Source: Chloroflexota bacterium (GTDB lineage: Bacteria; Chloroflexota; Dehalococcoidia; UBA2979). From it: a stretch of DNA of 64,000 nt. Of this stretch, positions 1 through 9,384 are shown piece by piece (position 1 is the stretch's first letter; each line of letters begins with the position of its first letter). Position numbers and translations under genes: made by a program. The notes below the pieces were generated by a model, which saw only the letters and a program-made list of their open reading frames with translations, was not told the DNA's origin and did no database searches. Location of the stretch: assembly GCA_027593235.1 (NCBI GenBank), contig JAQCIU010000010.1, positions 1 through 64,000 of the forward strand, in the 5' to 3' direction.

Positions 1-33
1 CGCCACCGGCGACGGCCGAAGGAGAGCGAGTTC

Positions 34-1017
34 GTGACGAACGCTCCCAGCGCCCACGGCGCTTCCTCGGATCAAGGCGCCCATGGCGCTTCCTCGGATC
101 AGGACGCCATCGGCGCTGAACCGAACGACGGCGCCGCTGGTGCTGCCGCGGATCCGTCGGCGCAGCCAGGCTCCGGCGGCAGCGCGCCGTCCGTCGCGCA
201 GAGTGACCGCGCAACGCAGACGCTCGCGCTTCCGACCGAGAGCGAGCAGCCCGACGCGGCGCGCCTCGGCAACCCCAGTTTCGTCTGGCGCTTCGGCCAG
301 GAGCGCCGGCTCGCGATGGTCGAGCGCTACGTGAACCTCGAGGGCCGGCGCGCCCTCGATCTAGGTTGCGGCGTCGGCGAGTACGTGCGCGCATTCGCCC
401 GCCAGGGTGCGCGCAGCATCGGCCTGGACGTCGATCCGCCGAGGCTCGCGGAGGCACGCCAGCGGTCCGCCGACGGCGGCTGGAATCGCACCGACTTCCT
501 CGCGGGCGCGGGCGAAGCGCTCCCGTTCGTTGATGGCTCGCTCGACGTCGTCGTGCTCAACGAGGTGATTGAGCACGTGACGGACGACCGCGCAACGCTG
601 CGCGAGGTTGCGCGCGTCTTGACCGACGACGGCCGCTGCGTGATCTTCGCGCCGAACCGTCTCTATCCCTTCGAGACGCACGGCATCTACTTCCGTAAGC
701 GCTACATCTTCGGCAACATCCCGCTGATCAACTGGCTCCCGCGCCGGATCCGCGACCACTTCGTGCCGCACGCCCGGGTCTACGGGCACGGGGACTGGCG
801 GCAGTTGATCGACGGGTCGGACCTCGAGATTGTCGACCACGGGTACGTCTTCGCCGGGTACGACAACATCGCCGCGCGCTGGCCGCGTGCTGCGCGGATC
901 GTCCGTAGCGTCTCCTACTGGGCCGAAGGCAACGTCCTGGGTCGCTTCGGTCTCTCCCACCTCGTGATCCTGCGCCGCCGCCCAGATGCGCGGCGCAGCG
1001 ACGGCGGTGCCGCATGA
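34..1017 (+). CDS. Class I SAM-dependent methyltransferase
   Basis: Motif I LDLGCGVG, 'GEALPFVDGSLDVVV' and 'VIEHV'; GGAG RBS upstream; low-complexity N-terminus; ATGA overlap with the next gene. Confidence 0.85.
   Translation: MTNAPSAHGASSDQGAHGASSDQDAIGAEPNDGAAGAAADPSAQPGSGGSAPSVAQSDRATQTLALPTESEQPDAARLGNPSFVWRFGQERRLAMVERYVNLEGRRALDLGCGVGEYVRAFARQGARSIGLDVDPPRLAEARQRSADGGWNRTDFLAGAGEALPFVDGSLDVVVLNEVIEHVTDDRATLREVARVLTDDGRCVIFAPNRLYPFETHGIYFRKRYIFGNIPLINWLPRRIRDHFVPHARVYGHGDWRQLIDGSDLEIVDHGYVFAGYDNIAARWPRAARIVRSVSYWAEGNVLGRFGLSHLVILRRRPDARRSDGGAA
51..104 (+). repeat. 27-bp in-frame tandem duplication (AHGASSDQ x2)
   Basis: cgcccacggcgcttcctcggatcaagg / cgcccatggcgcttcctcggatcagga. Confidence 0.85.
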
Positions 1018-4000
1018 GCCGCGCCCGTCACAGCGCAATGCGGCGGCGCATCCGCGCCCGCGCCGAACTGCAGTCCAGCGCGAAGAGGAGCAAGGGCCGA
1101 TCGAAGCTACTGATCATCCTCGGAGGGGTGTTCCTCTTCATCGCCCTCGCTGGCGGCGCGACCGCTGGCGGTACCGCGATCTACGGCATGAACCGCTACA
1201 ACGAGGTCGCCGACACCGTCGTCCCGCCCGAGCAATTGATCGCGGCGCTGCCGAGCGGTGGCGCCCGCATCTACGACCGCAACGGCGAGCTGCTCTATGA
1301 ATTCGTCGACGAGTTCACCGGGCTCCGCCGTCCCGTACCGATCGAGGAGATCTCCCAGTTCTTGATCGACGCGACCGTGTCCGTGGAGGATCCAACCTTC
1401 TACGAGAACAACGGGCTCAACACCCGCGGCCTCGCGCGCGCGGCGATCGAGAACCTCACGCCCTACGGCGGGGAGTTCCTCGAGGGATCCGGCGGTTCCT
1501 CGATTACTCAGCAGCTCGCGAAGAACGTCTACATCCCGTTGGACGAGCGCGCCGAACGATCGGTCGATCGCAAGATCCGCGAGACCGTGATCGCCCTCGA
1601 GCTGACGAAGCAGTACGACAAGGACCAGATCCTGAGTTGGTACCTGAACTCGATCTCGTACGGCGGCATTTACACCGGCATCGAAGCGGCGGCGCAGGGG
1701 TACTTCGGGAAATCCGCCGCCCAGCTCAACCTCGCCGAGGCCTCGTTGCTTGCTGGCATCCCGCAGTCACCAGCCCTGTACTACCCCTTCGATCACATCG
1801 ATCCGCTCACCGGTCAGCTCGCGATCGGTAGCGCGCCCCGTATCCGCCAGAGCCAGGTCCTCGATCTGATGGTCGACGCCGACGCCATTACACCGGCCGC
1901 GGCGGAGGCCGCGCGCAGCTCGTCGCTGACCTTCAAGACGAACCGCTTCGACATCCAAGCGCCCCACTTCGTGCTCGGCCGCGTCGCCGACGAACTGCGC
2001 GCCCGTTTCGGGGAGAAGGCCCTCGTCTCGGCCGGCCTCGAGGTGATCACCACCATCGACATGAACCTCCAGCGCGAAGCAGAGCGGATCATCGAGGAGC
2101 AAATCGTCGCGGGCGCCGAATCGGCGGGGGGGTTCAACGGCTCCCTCGTGGGCATGGACGTCCAGACGGGCCAGATCCTCACCTACGTCGGCAGCCGCGA
2201 CTACTTCCGCGAAGACATCGAAGGCCGCAATGACAACGCCGTCGCCCCCAACTCTCCCGGATCGACCCTCAAGCCGTTCACGTTTATGACGGCGTTCATG
2301 CAGGGCTGGGGCACCGGTACGGGCATCGTTGACGCGCCGTACACAATCATCGATGCAGGGAGCGGCGCCGCCTTCTCCCCGCGCGACCCGATCGGGACGT
2401 TCCAGGGCCCGATGACCGCCGCGAGCGCTCTGGGGAACTCGCTCAACATCACCGCGATCAAGGCGATCGAGTTCGCCGGCGTCGACAACACCGTGAGCGT
2501 GCTGAAGCAAATGGGACAGACCGCCCTGGACACCGAGGGTGGCTATGGGCCAGCACTGACTCTGGGCGGCGGCGAAATCACGCTGTTCGACCAGGTGATC
2601 TCCTACGGCGTGCTCGCCGCCGATGGCGTGATGCGCGGCCAGGAGGTCGTCGTGTCGGACATCGACCCGGGCGAGCGCACGCTGGAGCCAATCGCGTTGC
2701 TCCAGGTGACGAATGCCGCGGGCGAAACGCTCTACAAGTACGAGGCGCCCGTGGAGCGCCGGGTGGTCGCCGCGGAGTTCCCGTCGCTGGTCACCTCGAT
2801 CTTGTCGGACGGCACCAACCAGTGCCTCACCTACGGCGTCTGCCACGCGCTCTCGCTGCCGGACGGCCGCCCGTCCGCCGCCAAGACGGGCACCTCGGAG
2901 CCATACGACGATTCGCGCGAGATCGGTGAGACGTGGACGCTCGGCTACACGCCGCACCTCGTCGCCGGCGCGTGGATCGGCAACGCGAACAACGACCCGA
3001 TGGTCGGCATCAGTTCCGCGGGCGCGTCGCTGCGCTCCTGGAAGGAGTACATGGTCTTCGCGTCGGCGTACCTCGAGCTGCCGCCGACGCCGTTTACGCG
3101 CGCGCCGGGCGTGGTGGAGCGCGAGGTCTGCTGGCCGTCCGGCAAGCTCCCGTCCGACATCTGTCCGCAGATCAATCGCTACAAGTCGTTGTTCGGCGAG
3201 TCCGTGCTGCCCCGCAGCGACGAGGACCTTGCCGACTTCGAGGACGACTGGTGGCAGACCGTGAAGATCGACACCCGGACCGGCCTCCTCGCGCGGGACA
3301 ACACGCCGGCGACCTTCGTCAAGGAGGACGTCCGCCTGGTGTTGCCCCCGGATGAGGTCAAGGACTGGGGCGGCGGGCTTCAGGCCTGGGCGGCGTCACG
3401 CGGCATACTGAGCCTGCTGGCGCCGAGTGAGCAGGAGAGCACCGGCCCGCAACCAGTACTGGTCACCTCCCCCGCACAGAGCGACCTGATTCAGGGCACC
3501 GTCCAGATTCGCGGAACCGCCCGTTCTGAGGACTTCCTCAGCTACTCCGTTGAGTGGGGTCGTGGGAGCAATCCCACAAGCTGGGTCCAACTCATCAGCG
3601 CGACGCGGCAAATCGCCAACGGCCCGCTCGCGCAGTGGGACACGACGTTCGTGCCGAACGGGCCGTACACCATCCTTGTGCTGCTCCAGGACGCCAAGCT
3701 CGGCATCCGTGAGTACAACGTGGCGGTCAACGTCAACAACGGCGAAACCGGGATCGTCGACGACCTCGCACCGGTGGTCGAGATTCAGAGTCCGATCGCC
3801 GAGGCGGCGGTCAGCGGTGAGATCCAGATCATCGGGACGGCAGGTTCATTCGACTTGCAGGACTTCGTGGTCGAGGTCGGCGCCGGCATCACCCCCACCG
3901 AGTGGGTACCGATCGAACGGCGGACGACCAGCGTGGCGAATAGCCGGCTGGCGACCTGGGACACCAGCGCGCTGGCCAACGGCATCTACACGATCAGGGT

Positions 4001-4073
4001 CACGGTGAAGGACTCGATCTTCGGCGAGGCCCAGGCACAGGTCTTCGTGATCGTCCGCAACGAAGACGAATAG
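1014..4073 (+). CDS. Class A penicillin-binding protein (transglycosylase/transpeptidase) with two C-terminal Ig-like repeats
   Basis: N-terminal TM anchor; GT51 motifs EDPTFYEN and GGSSITQQLAKN; transpeptidase motifs STLK, SLN, KTGT; duplicated C-terminal ~95-aa unit ending WDT...NGxYTI. Confidence 0.93.
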   Translation: MSRARHSAMRRRIRARAELQSSAKRSKGRSKLLIILGGVFLFIALAGGATAGGTAIYGMNRYNEVADTVVPPEQLIAALPSGGARIYDRNGELLYEFVDEFTGLRRPVPIEEISQFLIDATVSVEDPTFYENNGLNTRGLARAAIENLTPYGGEFLEGSGGSSITQQLAKNVYIPLDERAERSVDRKIRETVIALELTKQYDKDQILSWYLNSISYGGIYTGIEAAAQGYFGKSAAQLNLAEASLLAGIPQSPALYYPFDHIDPLTGQLAIGSAPRIRQSQVLDLMVDADAITPAAAEAARSSSLTFKTNRFDIQAPHFVLGRVADELRARFGEKALVSAGLEVITTIDMNLQREAERIIEEQIVAGAESAGGFNGSLVGMDVQTGQILTYVGSRDYFREDIEGRNDNAVAPNSPGSTLKPFTFMTAFMQGWGTGTGIVDAPYTIIDAGSGAAFSPRDPIGTFQGPMTAASALGNSLNITAIKAIEFAGVDNTVSVLKQMGQTALDTEGGYGPALTLGGGEITLFDQVISYGVLAADGVMRGQEVVVSDIDPGERTLEPIALLQVTNAAGETLYKYEAPVERRVVAAEFPSLVTSILSDGTNQCLTYGVCHALSLPDGRPSAAKTGTSEPYDDSREIGETWTLGYTPHLVAGAWIGNANNDPMVGISSAGASLRSWKEYMVFASAYLELPPTPFTRAPGVVEREVCWPSGKLPSDICPQINRYKSLFGESVLPRSDEDLADFEDDWWQTVKIDTRTGLLARDNTPATFVKEDVRLVLPPDEVKDWGGGLQAWAASRGILSLLAPSEQESTGPQPVLVTSPAQSDLIQGTVQIRGTARSEDFLSYSVEWGRGSNPTSWVQLISATRQIANGPLAQWDTTFVPNGPYTILVLLQDAKLGIREYNVAVNVNNGETGIVDDLAPVVEIQSPIAEAAVSGEIQIIGTAGSFDLQDFVVEVGAGITPTEWVPIERRTTSVANSRLATWDTSALANGIYTIRVTVKDSIFGEAQAQVFVIVRNEDE

Positions 4074-4140
4074 CGGCGCGGGCCCGACCGAGTTGTCGCT
4101 CGAGCCCGCGATCGTGCCGTTGTGATACTGTCCGCCTACT

Positions 4141-4156
4141 TGTGACGTACGTCACA
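4141..4156. promoter_or_regulatory. Perfect CRP/GlxR-type palindrome TGTGA-N6-TCACA
   Basis: TGTGACGTACGTCACA is a fully self-complementary 16-mer ending 18 nt before the ATG at 4175. Confidence 0.6.
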
Positions 4157-4174
4157 GGTAGGCGAGGGGCTGCC

Positions 4175-5041
4175 ATGCGCCCGACGACAACCGACACCGC
4201 CCGTCACGAACAACTGATCGCCGACCTCGAGGCCCACGCCCGCGCCGATCCTCGTGTGCGCGCTGCGTGGCTGGAAGGCTCGTTCGCTCGCGGCACCGCG
4301 GACAGCTCGTCGGACGTGGACCTGCACGTCGCCGTACCAGCCGAGGACTTCGAATCGTTCTGCGATGGCGCACGCGCGTGGCTGACCGAGGTGCGCGAGC
4401 CATTCGGCTACCTGACCTTGAACTTCGGGCCGCGGCGGATGTTCGCGGTGACGCTGGATGATTGGGTCCGCCTCGATCTGTTCGTCGAGCCGGCGAGCGG
4501 CGTAGCGGGGCCACCGCGGCCCGTCGTACCGCGGGTGCTCTTCGACCTCGATGGCCTCACGAGCGACTTCAGATTGGCGCCGGTGCCGGGCTCGGACGCC
4601 GCAACCCGGCTCCGCGAGGTGATCGCAACGCTGCTGTTTGGCTTCACGTTCCCGGCGCGGCTGAGCGGCCGGGAAGAATGGGGCTCGCTGCATCTCAACG
4701 CGCTGATGATCGTCTACCAGTTCCTGGTGCCGGCGATGCTCGCGCAGCGGCACCCGGAGCACACCTACCGACCGCAACTCCACAACGAGCGGTTCCTCGA
4801 TCCGGATCAGCGGGAACGCGTCGATGCCCTCGTCGTCGACCTCGCTCGTGCATTCGCGACGATCCAGCCGAACGAGAGCGCGGTCCGTGCGAGCTATCGC
4901 GGGCTGACCCGCACGCTGTTCGCGGAGATCTCCGCGGCGGCGAGCCTCCTTGACGTCGAATGGCCGGCCGAGGCCGAGGCCGAGGCGGCGGTGCGGCGGT
5001 TCTATCTGGAGGAGCTACGCATCGACCTCGACGGGGCCTGA
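4175..5041 (+). CDS. Pol-beta-superfamily nucleotidyltransferase (Lnu/ANT-like architecture)
   Basis: hGSxxRG-x5-SDxD motif (WLEGSFARGTADSSSDVDL), a third Asp in 'VRLDL', helical C-terminal domain. Confidence 0.75.
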   Translation: MRPTTTDTARHEQLIADLEAHARADPRVRAAWLEGSFARGTADSSSDVDLHVAVPAEDFESFCDGARAWLTEVREPFGYLTLNFGPRRMFAVTLDDWVRLDLFVEPASGVAGPPRPVVPRVLFDLDGLTSDFRLAPVPGSDAATRLREVIATLLFGFTFPARLSGREEWGSLHLNALMIVYQFLVPAMLAQRHPEHTYRPQLHNERFLDPDQRERVDALVVDLARAFATIQPNESAVRASYRGLTRTLFAEISAAASLLDVEWPAEAEAEAAVRRFYLEELRIDLDGA

Positions 5042-6126
5042 TGCCCTCGCTCGACCCACCCGGCGGCCTGATCCCCGAGCGCCCGGACCAGCTCACCCCG
5101 GCGTGGCTCGCGACGGTCTTCACGCGGCACGGGTTCAGTGCCGCGATCGAGTCGATCGACTTCCGTCCGATCGAGGGCGGCGGGCTGACCTCGGAGCTGC
5201 TTCGCGTGGTCCCGCGCGTTCAGGACGAGACGACCGGGTTTGCGCCGCCGCTGATCTGGAAACGGTCGTCGGCGGACGCGACCGCCCGCGCATCGTTCCA
5301 GCGCGGCTACGAGGCAGAGGTGGAGTTTTATCGGGCGATCGCGCCGAGAAGCGGAGTCGCGGTCCCTCGCAGTTTCGTGGCGGCTTACGAGGAACGCACT
5401 GGCGCGCATGTGCTCGTCCTCGAAGACCTGAGCGCGAGTATGTCGAGCGGGCTGATGCGTGAGGTGGCTGTTGAGGAAGCGGCGGCCGTCCTCGACGAAC
5501 TCGCCAGGCTCCACGCGAGCGAATGGGCCACCTCGGGCGCGCTGCAGGCGGCCGAGGACTTCGCGCGACTACGCCCGTTCGTCGAGGAGCACGCGGCAGC
5601 GGGCAGGCCGTACCTGAGCGAGCACGTCGACGATCGTGTGCGCCAACGGACCCGGCGCTATGCCGACGAGGTGGCGGGCTACTTCGCGGCGCTCTCGGCC
5701 GGACCGCAAACGCGAACGCACGGTGACGTTCATCCCGACAATGTGCTGCTCCCACACTCCGGCAACGCTAACTCCGGTGACGCGCGCCCGGTCCTGATCG
5801 ACTGGCAGGGCTCGCGGATCGACGCGCCGATGCGCGATGTCGCGCGTTTCCTCGTGCTAGCGCTCACCGTCGAGGACCGGCGTGAGCACGAGGACGAATT
5901 GCTCGATCACTACCTGGCGACGCTCGGACACCACGGTGCCCACTACGACCGGGACGCCGCCGCCCGAGACTTCCGCACCGCGTCGCTGCTCCAGTGGGGG
6001 TGGGCGGTCATCTTCTTCCGCCACGAGCCAATCTGGGACACCGGTACTCGCGAAGCGATGCCATCGCTGGTGCGGCGTGCGGCAGCCGCGTTCGACGATG
6101 CCATCACCTCGCGGGGCAAGTCGTGA
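5041..6126 (+). CDS. APH/choline/ecdysteroid-kinase-like phosphotransferase
   Basis: Brenner motif HGDVHPDNVL, LIDWQ, 'EVEFY', 'LVLEDL'; TGATG overlap with the upstream gene. Confidence 0.82.
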   Translation: MPSLDPPGGLIPERPDQLTPAWLATVFTRHGFSAAIESIDFRPIEGGGLTSELLRVVPRVQDETTGFAPPLIWKRSSADATARASFQRGYEAEVEFYRAIAPRSGVAVPRSFVAAYEERTGAHVLVLEDLSASMSSGLMREVAVEEAAAVLDELARLHASEWATSGALQAAEDFARLRPFVEEHAAAGRPYLSEHVDDRVRQRTRRYADEVAGYFAALSAGPQTRTHGDVHPDNVLLPHSGNANSGDARPVLIDWQGSRIDAPMRDVARFLVLALTVEDRREHEDELLDHYLATLGHHGAHYDRDAAARDFRTASLLQWGWAVIFFRHEPIWDTGTREAMPSLVRRAAAAFDDAITSRGKS

Positions 6127-6212
6127 GTCGCTTGTGACGGGATTGGTGATTCGCCGACTTGATCCTGAGTCGCGGTGGATCGACAGTGGCACTCGCAGGG
6201 AGATTGTTCAGG

Positions 6213-6380
6213 ATGTCACAAGACGTTCGAGAGCGAGTCTTGAAGAGCGAGACGCCCGTCGTTCACTGTGGTGATCGGCCCGGCGATCTGCGCGTAAAGG
6301 TTGAACGTCGTTCGCGAGGTCGCCTCGAGCAGGCATCCGTTCGCGTCCGCGCCATGTTCAACCGCGTCAAGCCCCGCTAA
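6213..6380 (+). CDS. Small basic hypothetical protein (55 aa)
   Basis: ATG preceded by GGGAGA; fills an otherwise empty gap; no recognisable motif. Confidence 0.35.
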   Translation: MSQDVRERVLKSETPVVHCGDRPGDLRVKVERRSRGRLEQASVRVRAMFNRVKPR

Positions 6381-6462
6381 CCGTCACCAACCGCCGCGCC
6401 AGCAAGGTGCGGCACCGGTTCAGCTCCGCCCCGCGCGACCGCGGGATCGTCCGCACGCACCG

Positions 6463-7629
6463 TCACTCGCTCGACGTCACTTCCGCCGCCAGCGCTTCGA
6501 CGTCGGCACGCGATCCCGCCCCGCGCACGCGCTTGAGGAACGCCGCCAACGACCCGCTCTGCTCGCGCAGCGCAATGATCTGCGGGCCCAGCGGGTCGGT
6601 TGCGTCAGGCCGCGCCGCGTAGGTTCCGTACCAGGCGAAGTAGGCCTGATTGATCCGACGCTGGCAGAAGCCGGTGTCGCACAGCTCCAGCCGAACCTGC
6701 TCCATCCGTGCCTCGGCATCGTCGATCCGACCGTCGGCCAGCAGCGTATCCACCTCGAGGCGTAGCTCGCGCAATACTTCGTTGCGATCGAGGACCGGCG
6801 CCGATGTGGCCGCAGGCTCCGGGGTCGCCTCGGGGGTGGCCGTCGGCTCCGCCGTCGCGGTCGGCGGGGCGATCGTCGGATCGCCCCAGCGTTCGAGGAT
6901 GATCGCCGCGACCTCGTCGCCGACCACATCCGCGACCGTCTCATTGATCGTCTGCAGGTCGCTTGAATCGAAGTAGTTGCGACCGAGTGGGTAGAACGAC
7001 AGGTAGTGGTGCACCCACTCGTGCGCCGAGGTCTCAACCGTCCGCCGGTAGCTGCGCCCAGTCGCGACAATCGCCGGGTAGGTCGCAACGCCGCCCGTCC
7101 CAACGACCAGCGCGGACAGTGACTCATCCCGCTCGGTCCGCTGCTCGATCTCGTTTACATCGGTCTCGGTGAGATCGGGGCGAAGGAGGTTGCCGGAGAT
7201 GCGCTCGATCCGATCCCGTGGCGAGATGATGAGGACCCGCGGCGAACTCGCCAGCTCGACATCGACCGGTGGGAATACGGAGGCGGGGATCGGGAAGCGA
7301 CCTTCGATCGCAAGATCCGCGAGGACCGCATCGATCCGGCCTTCGATCACCGCCTCGACGGTGTTCTCCAGCTCGCCGGCTTCCTCGGAGGCCGGGTCAT
7401 CGAGGCTGAAGTAGCGGCGGATCGCCTCGTCGTCGCTCAGGTCGTCACGGAGCGGAGCACCGAGCGCGTACAGCCACTTGTTGACCAGCGTGGTCCGCTC
7501 CCAACGGACGACATCGAACGCGTCGCCAGCCCGCGCATCACGCAGCGCGAAGATTCCGAGGCTCGCAAGGAAGGTGAGGAGGAGCGCTGCAGGGACCACG
7601 AACCGGCGCCAACGACTCGGATTCCGCAT
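6463..7629 (-). CDS. Membrane-anchored zincin-like (HExxH) putative aminopeptidase
   Basis: N-terminal signal/TM; SAHEWVHH followed by 'INETVAD'; Pro/Thr linker. Confidence 0.6.
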   Translation of the reverse strand: MRNPSRWRRFVVPAALLLTFLASLGIFALRDARAGDAFDVVRWERTTLVNKWLYALGAPLRDDLSDDEAIRRYFSLDDPASEEAGELENTVEAVIEGRIDAVLADLAIEGRFPIPASVFPPVDVELASSPRVLIISPRDRIERISGNLLRPDLTETDVNEIEQRTERDESLSALVVGTGGVATYPAIVATGRSYRRTVETSAHEWVHHYLSFYPLGRNYFDSSDLQTINETVADVVGDEVAAIILERWGDPTIAPPTATAEPTATPEATPEPAATSAPVLDRNEVLRELRLEVDTLLADGRIDDAEARMEQVRLELCDTGFCQRRINQAYFAWYGTYAARPDATDPLGPQIIALREQSGSLAAFLKRVRGAGSRADVEALAAEVTSSE

Positions 7630-7691
7630 CGATCCACCGTACGGCGAAGGCCCGGCGCGCGCCCGACTTCGATGCACCAGCCTCGACCGCT

Positions 7692-8309
7692 ATGATCGAC
7701 GCCATGGTGAACACCGGCTCCTCCGCGCTCGATGGTCACGCTGCCTCCCGGGTCGGCGAGGCGCGACCGTTGACCTCGGAACGGTCGGGTGCCGGTCGAC
7801 GCGCGAGCCGGTCCGATCGCTTCTCTGCTGCCGTCTCGGATCTGCTGAGACTGGCCGGCGGCAGCGTGTTCGCGTTCCTCGTGGCAGTCGCTTACCTCTT
7901 CTGGCGCACGGCATGGGGCGCGACCGACGCCGGTGCGACGGACACGGCGATCGCCACCGCGCTAGTACTCGCGCCAGCACCGGTCTGGAGCGCCTGGCTA
8001 CTCGCGGCCGCGATCGATAGCGGCGCGACGCCGGGGCAGTCGCGGCACGGGCTCGCTATTCGCACCCTCGGCGACGCCGGGCGGCGCGCCCGCATCGGGC
8101 GATTCGCCGCGCACCCGCTGAGACTGCCCGTCTGGCTCTGGCTCGCCGCGCTCGCCTTCCTGGGTGGTGCGGGCTTGCTGAGTTGGATCTTCGCCGTGAC
8201 CGCGCTGCTGATCGGACTCGCCGGCCTCGGATCGGCGATCCTAATCGCGGTCGGCCGCCGTCCGTTCCATGATCTGATCGCGCGCACCACCGTTGAGGAA
8301 CGCCCGTGA
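7692..8309 (+). CDS. RDD-family-like membrane protein
   Basis: 'RFSAAVSD', 'GATPG' and C-terminal 'RPFHDLIARTTV'; several TM segments; start uncertain. Confidence 0.55.
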   Translation: MIDAMVNTGSSALDGHAASRVGEARPLTSERSGAGRRASRSDRFSAAVSDLLRLAGGSVFAFLVAVAYLFWRTAWGATDAGATDTAIATALVLAPAPVWSAWLLAAAIDSGATPGQSRHGLAIRTLGDAGRRARIGRFAAHPLRLPVWLWLAALAFLGGAGLLSWIFAVTALLIGLAGLGSAILIAVGRRPFHDLIARTTVEERP

Positions 8310-9259
8310 CATCCGACGATCGCTCCGCATCCCAATCCCCGGACGAAGCCGATACACCCGCCCCGGTGATTACGGATTCAGGGAGTTATGGGCGGCTGCC
8401 CCCCGCGCCGGCGATGGACATGTCGCAGTTCGAGAGTTCCACGGTCTCCGCGCGTTCCGGCATTACCTGGCTGGCCGGGCTCGCGTTCACGCTGGCGGCG
8501 GCGCTGTGGCTCGCGACGCTTTCCGCCAGTCAGGCAACCGATCGAACCGTCGCGCTTCCGGCGCAGGAGCAAGGCGTGGCGGTGCTGACGTCGCTGGACG
8601 ATCTGCTGCGCCTTCACATGGCGGAGATCACGGAAGCGACGCCCACCGAGAATGGCGGCGTCGCGGTCCCCGGTTTTCTGACCCCCGGGATCGAACTGAC
8701 CGCCGCCGAGGCTGCCAGCGGCGATCGCGCATTGATGCGCGCCGCCCTGCTGGAACGTGCGGGACTGGCGATCTACGAGCAGGGCATCGAGGCGCTCCAG
8801 GTGCCGGACGGGCCCCCGATTGAGACCTCGACTTTCTCCACCCCGGGCGGCACGCGGCGGGTGATGGACGGCCTGACGCAGGCCAACCATGACCGCGCAA
8901 CCAACCTGCTGCGCCCGCTCGCGATCGCGGCGCTCATCCTCGGTGGCATCGTCGTGCTCCTGGGCAACGGGTTCTCGCGATTCACCGCGCTGGGACTGGC
9001 GATGGTCGGCGCGGCGGGGCTCGTGTTCCTCGGGGCACTGCTGCTGCAGTTCGCGATCGCGTTCGTGGGGTCAGACGGAACAGCCGTCGCCGACGAGTAT
9101 TCGCGGCTGATCGATGCGATCGCCTGGACACCGGCTCGCAACGCGATCACTTTCGGAGTCGCGGGCGCGGCGGTGCTCGTTCCCGCGTGGCTGCTGAACT
9201 GGTTCTTCGATCGATCGCTGGTTCGCCCGGCGCCGGTGATCGATGGCCGGTCTGCCTGA
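8306..9259 (+). CDS. Hypothetical membrane protein
   Basis: One N-terminal and three C-terminal hydrophobic helices; GTGA overlap with the upstream gene. Confidence 0.65.
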   Translation: MTSDDRSASQSPDEADTPAPVITDSGSYGRLPPAPAMDMSQFESSTVSARSGITWLAGLAFTLAAALWLATLSASQATDRTVALPAQEQGVAVLTSLDDLLRLHMAEITEATPTENGGVAVPGFLTPGIELTAAEAASGDRALMRAALLERAGLAIYEQGIEALQVPDGPPIETSTFSTPGGTRRVMDGLTQANHDRATNLLRPLAIAALILGGIVVLLGNGFSRFTALGLAMVGAAGLVFLGALLLQFAIAFVGSDGTAVADEYSRLIDAIAWTPARNAITFGVAGAAVLVPAWLLNWFFDRSLVRPAPVIDGRSA

Positions 9260-9384
9260 TCGAGCGACCCACGACCGACGAGGACCGTTGACGCCGCCCG
9301 ACAGCGCTCGCTAGCGTCGAAGGACGTCCCGCGATGGGGCGTGTCCGCGGGACGCCAGTGGCGCACCCGCCAGAGGAGAAGGCC

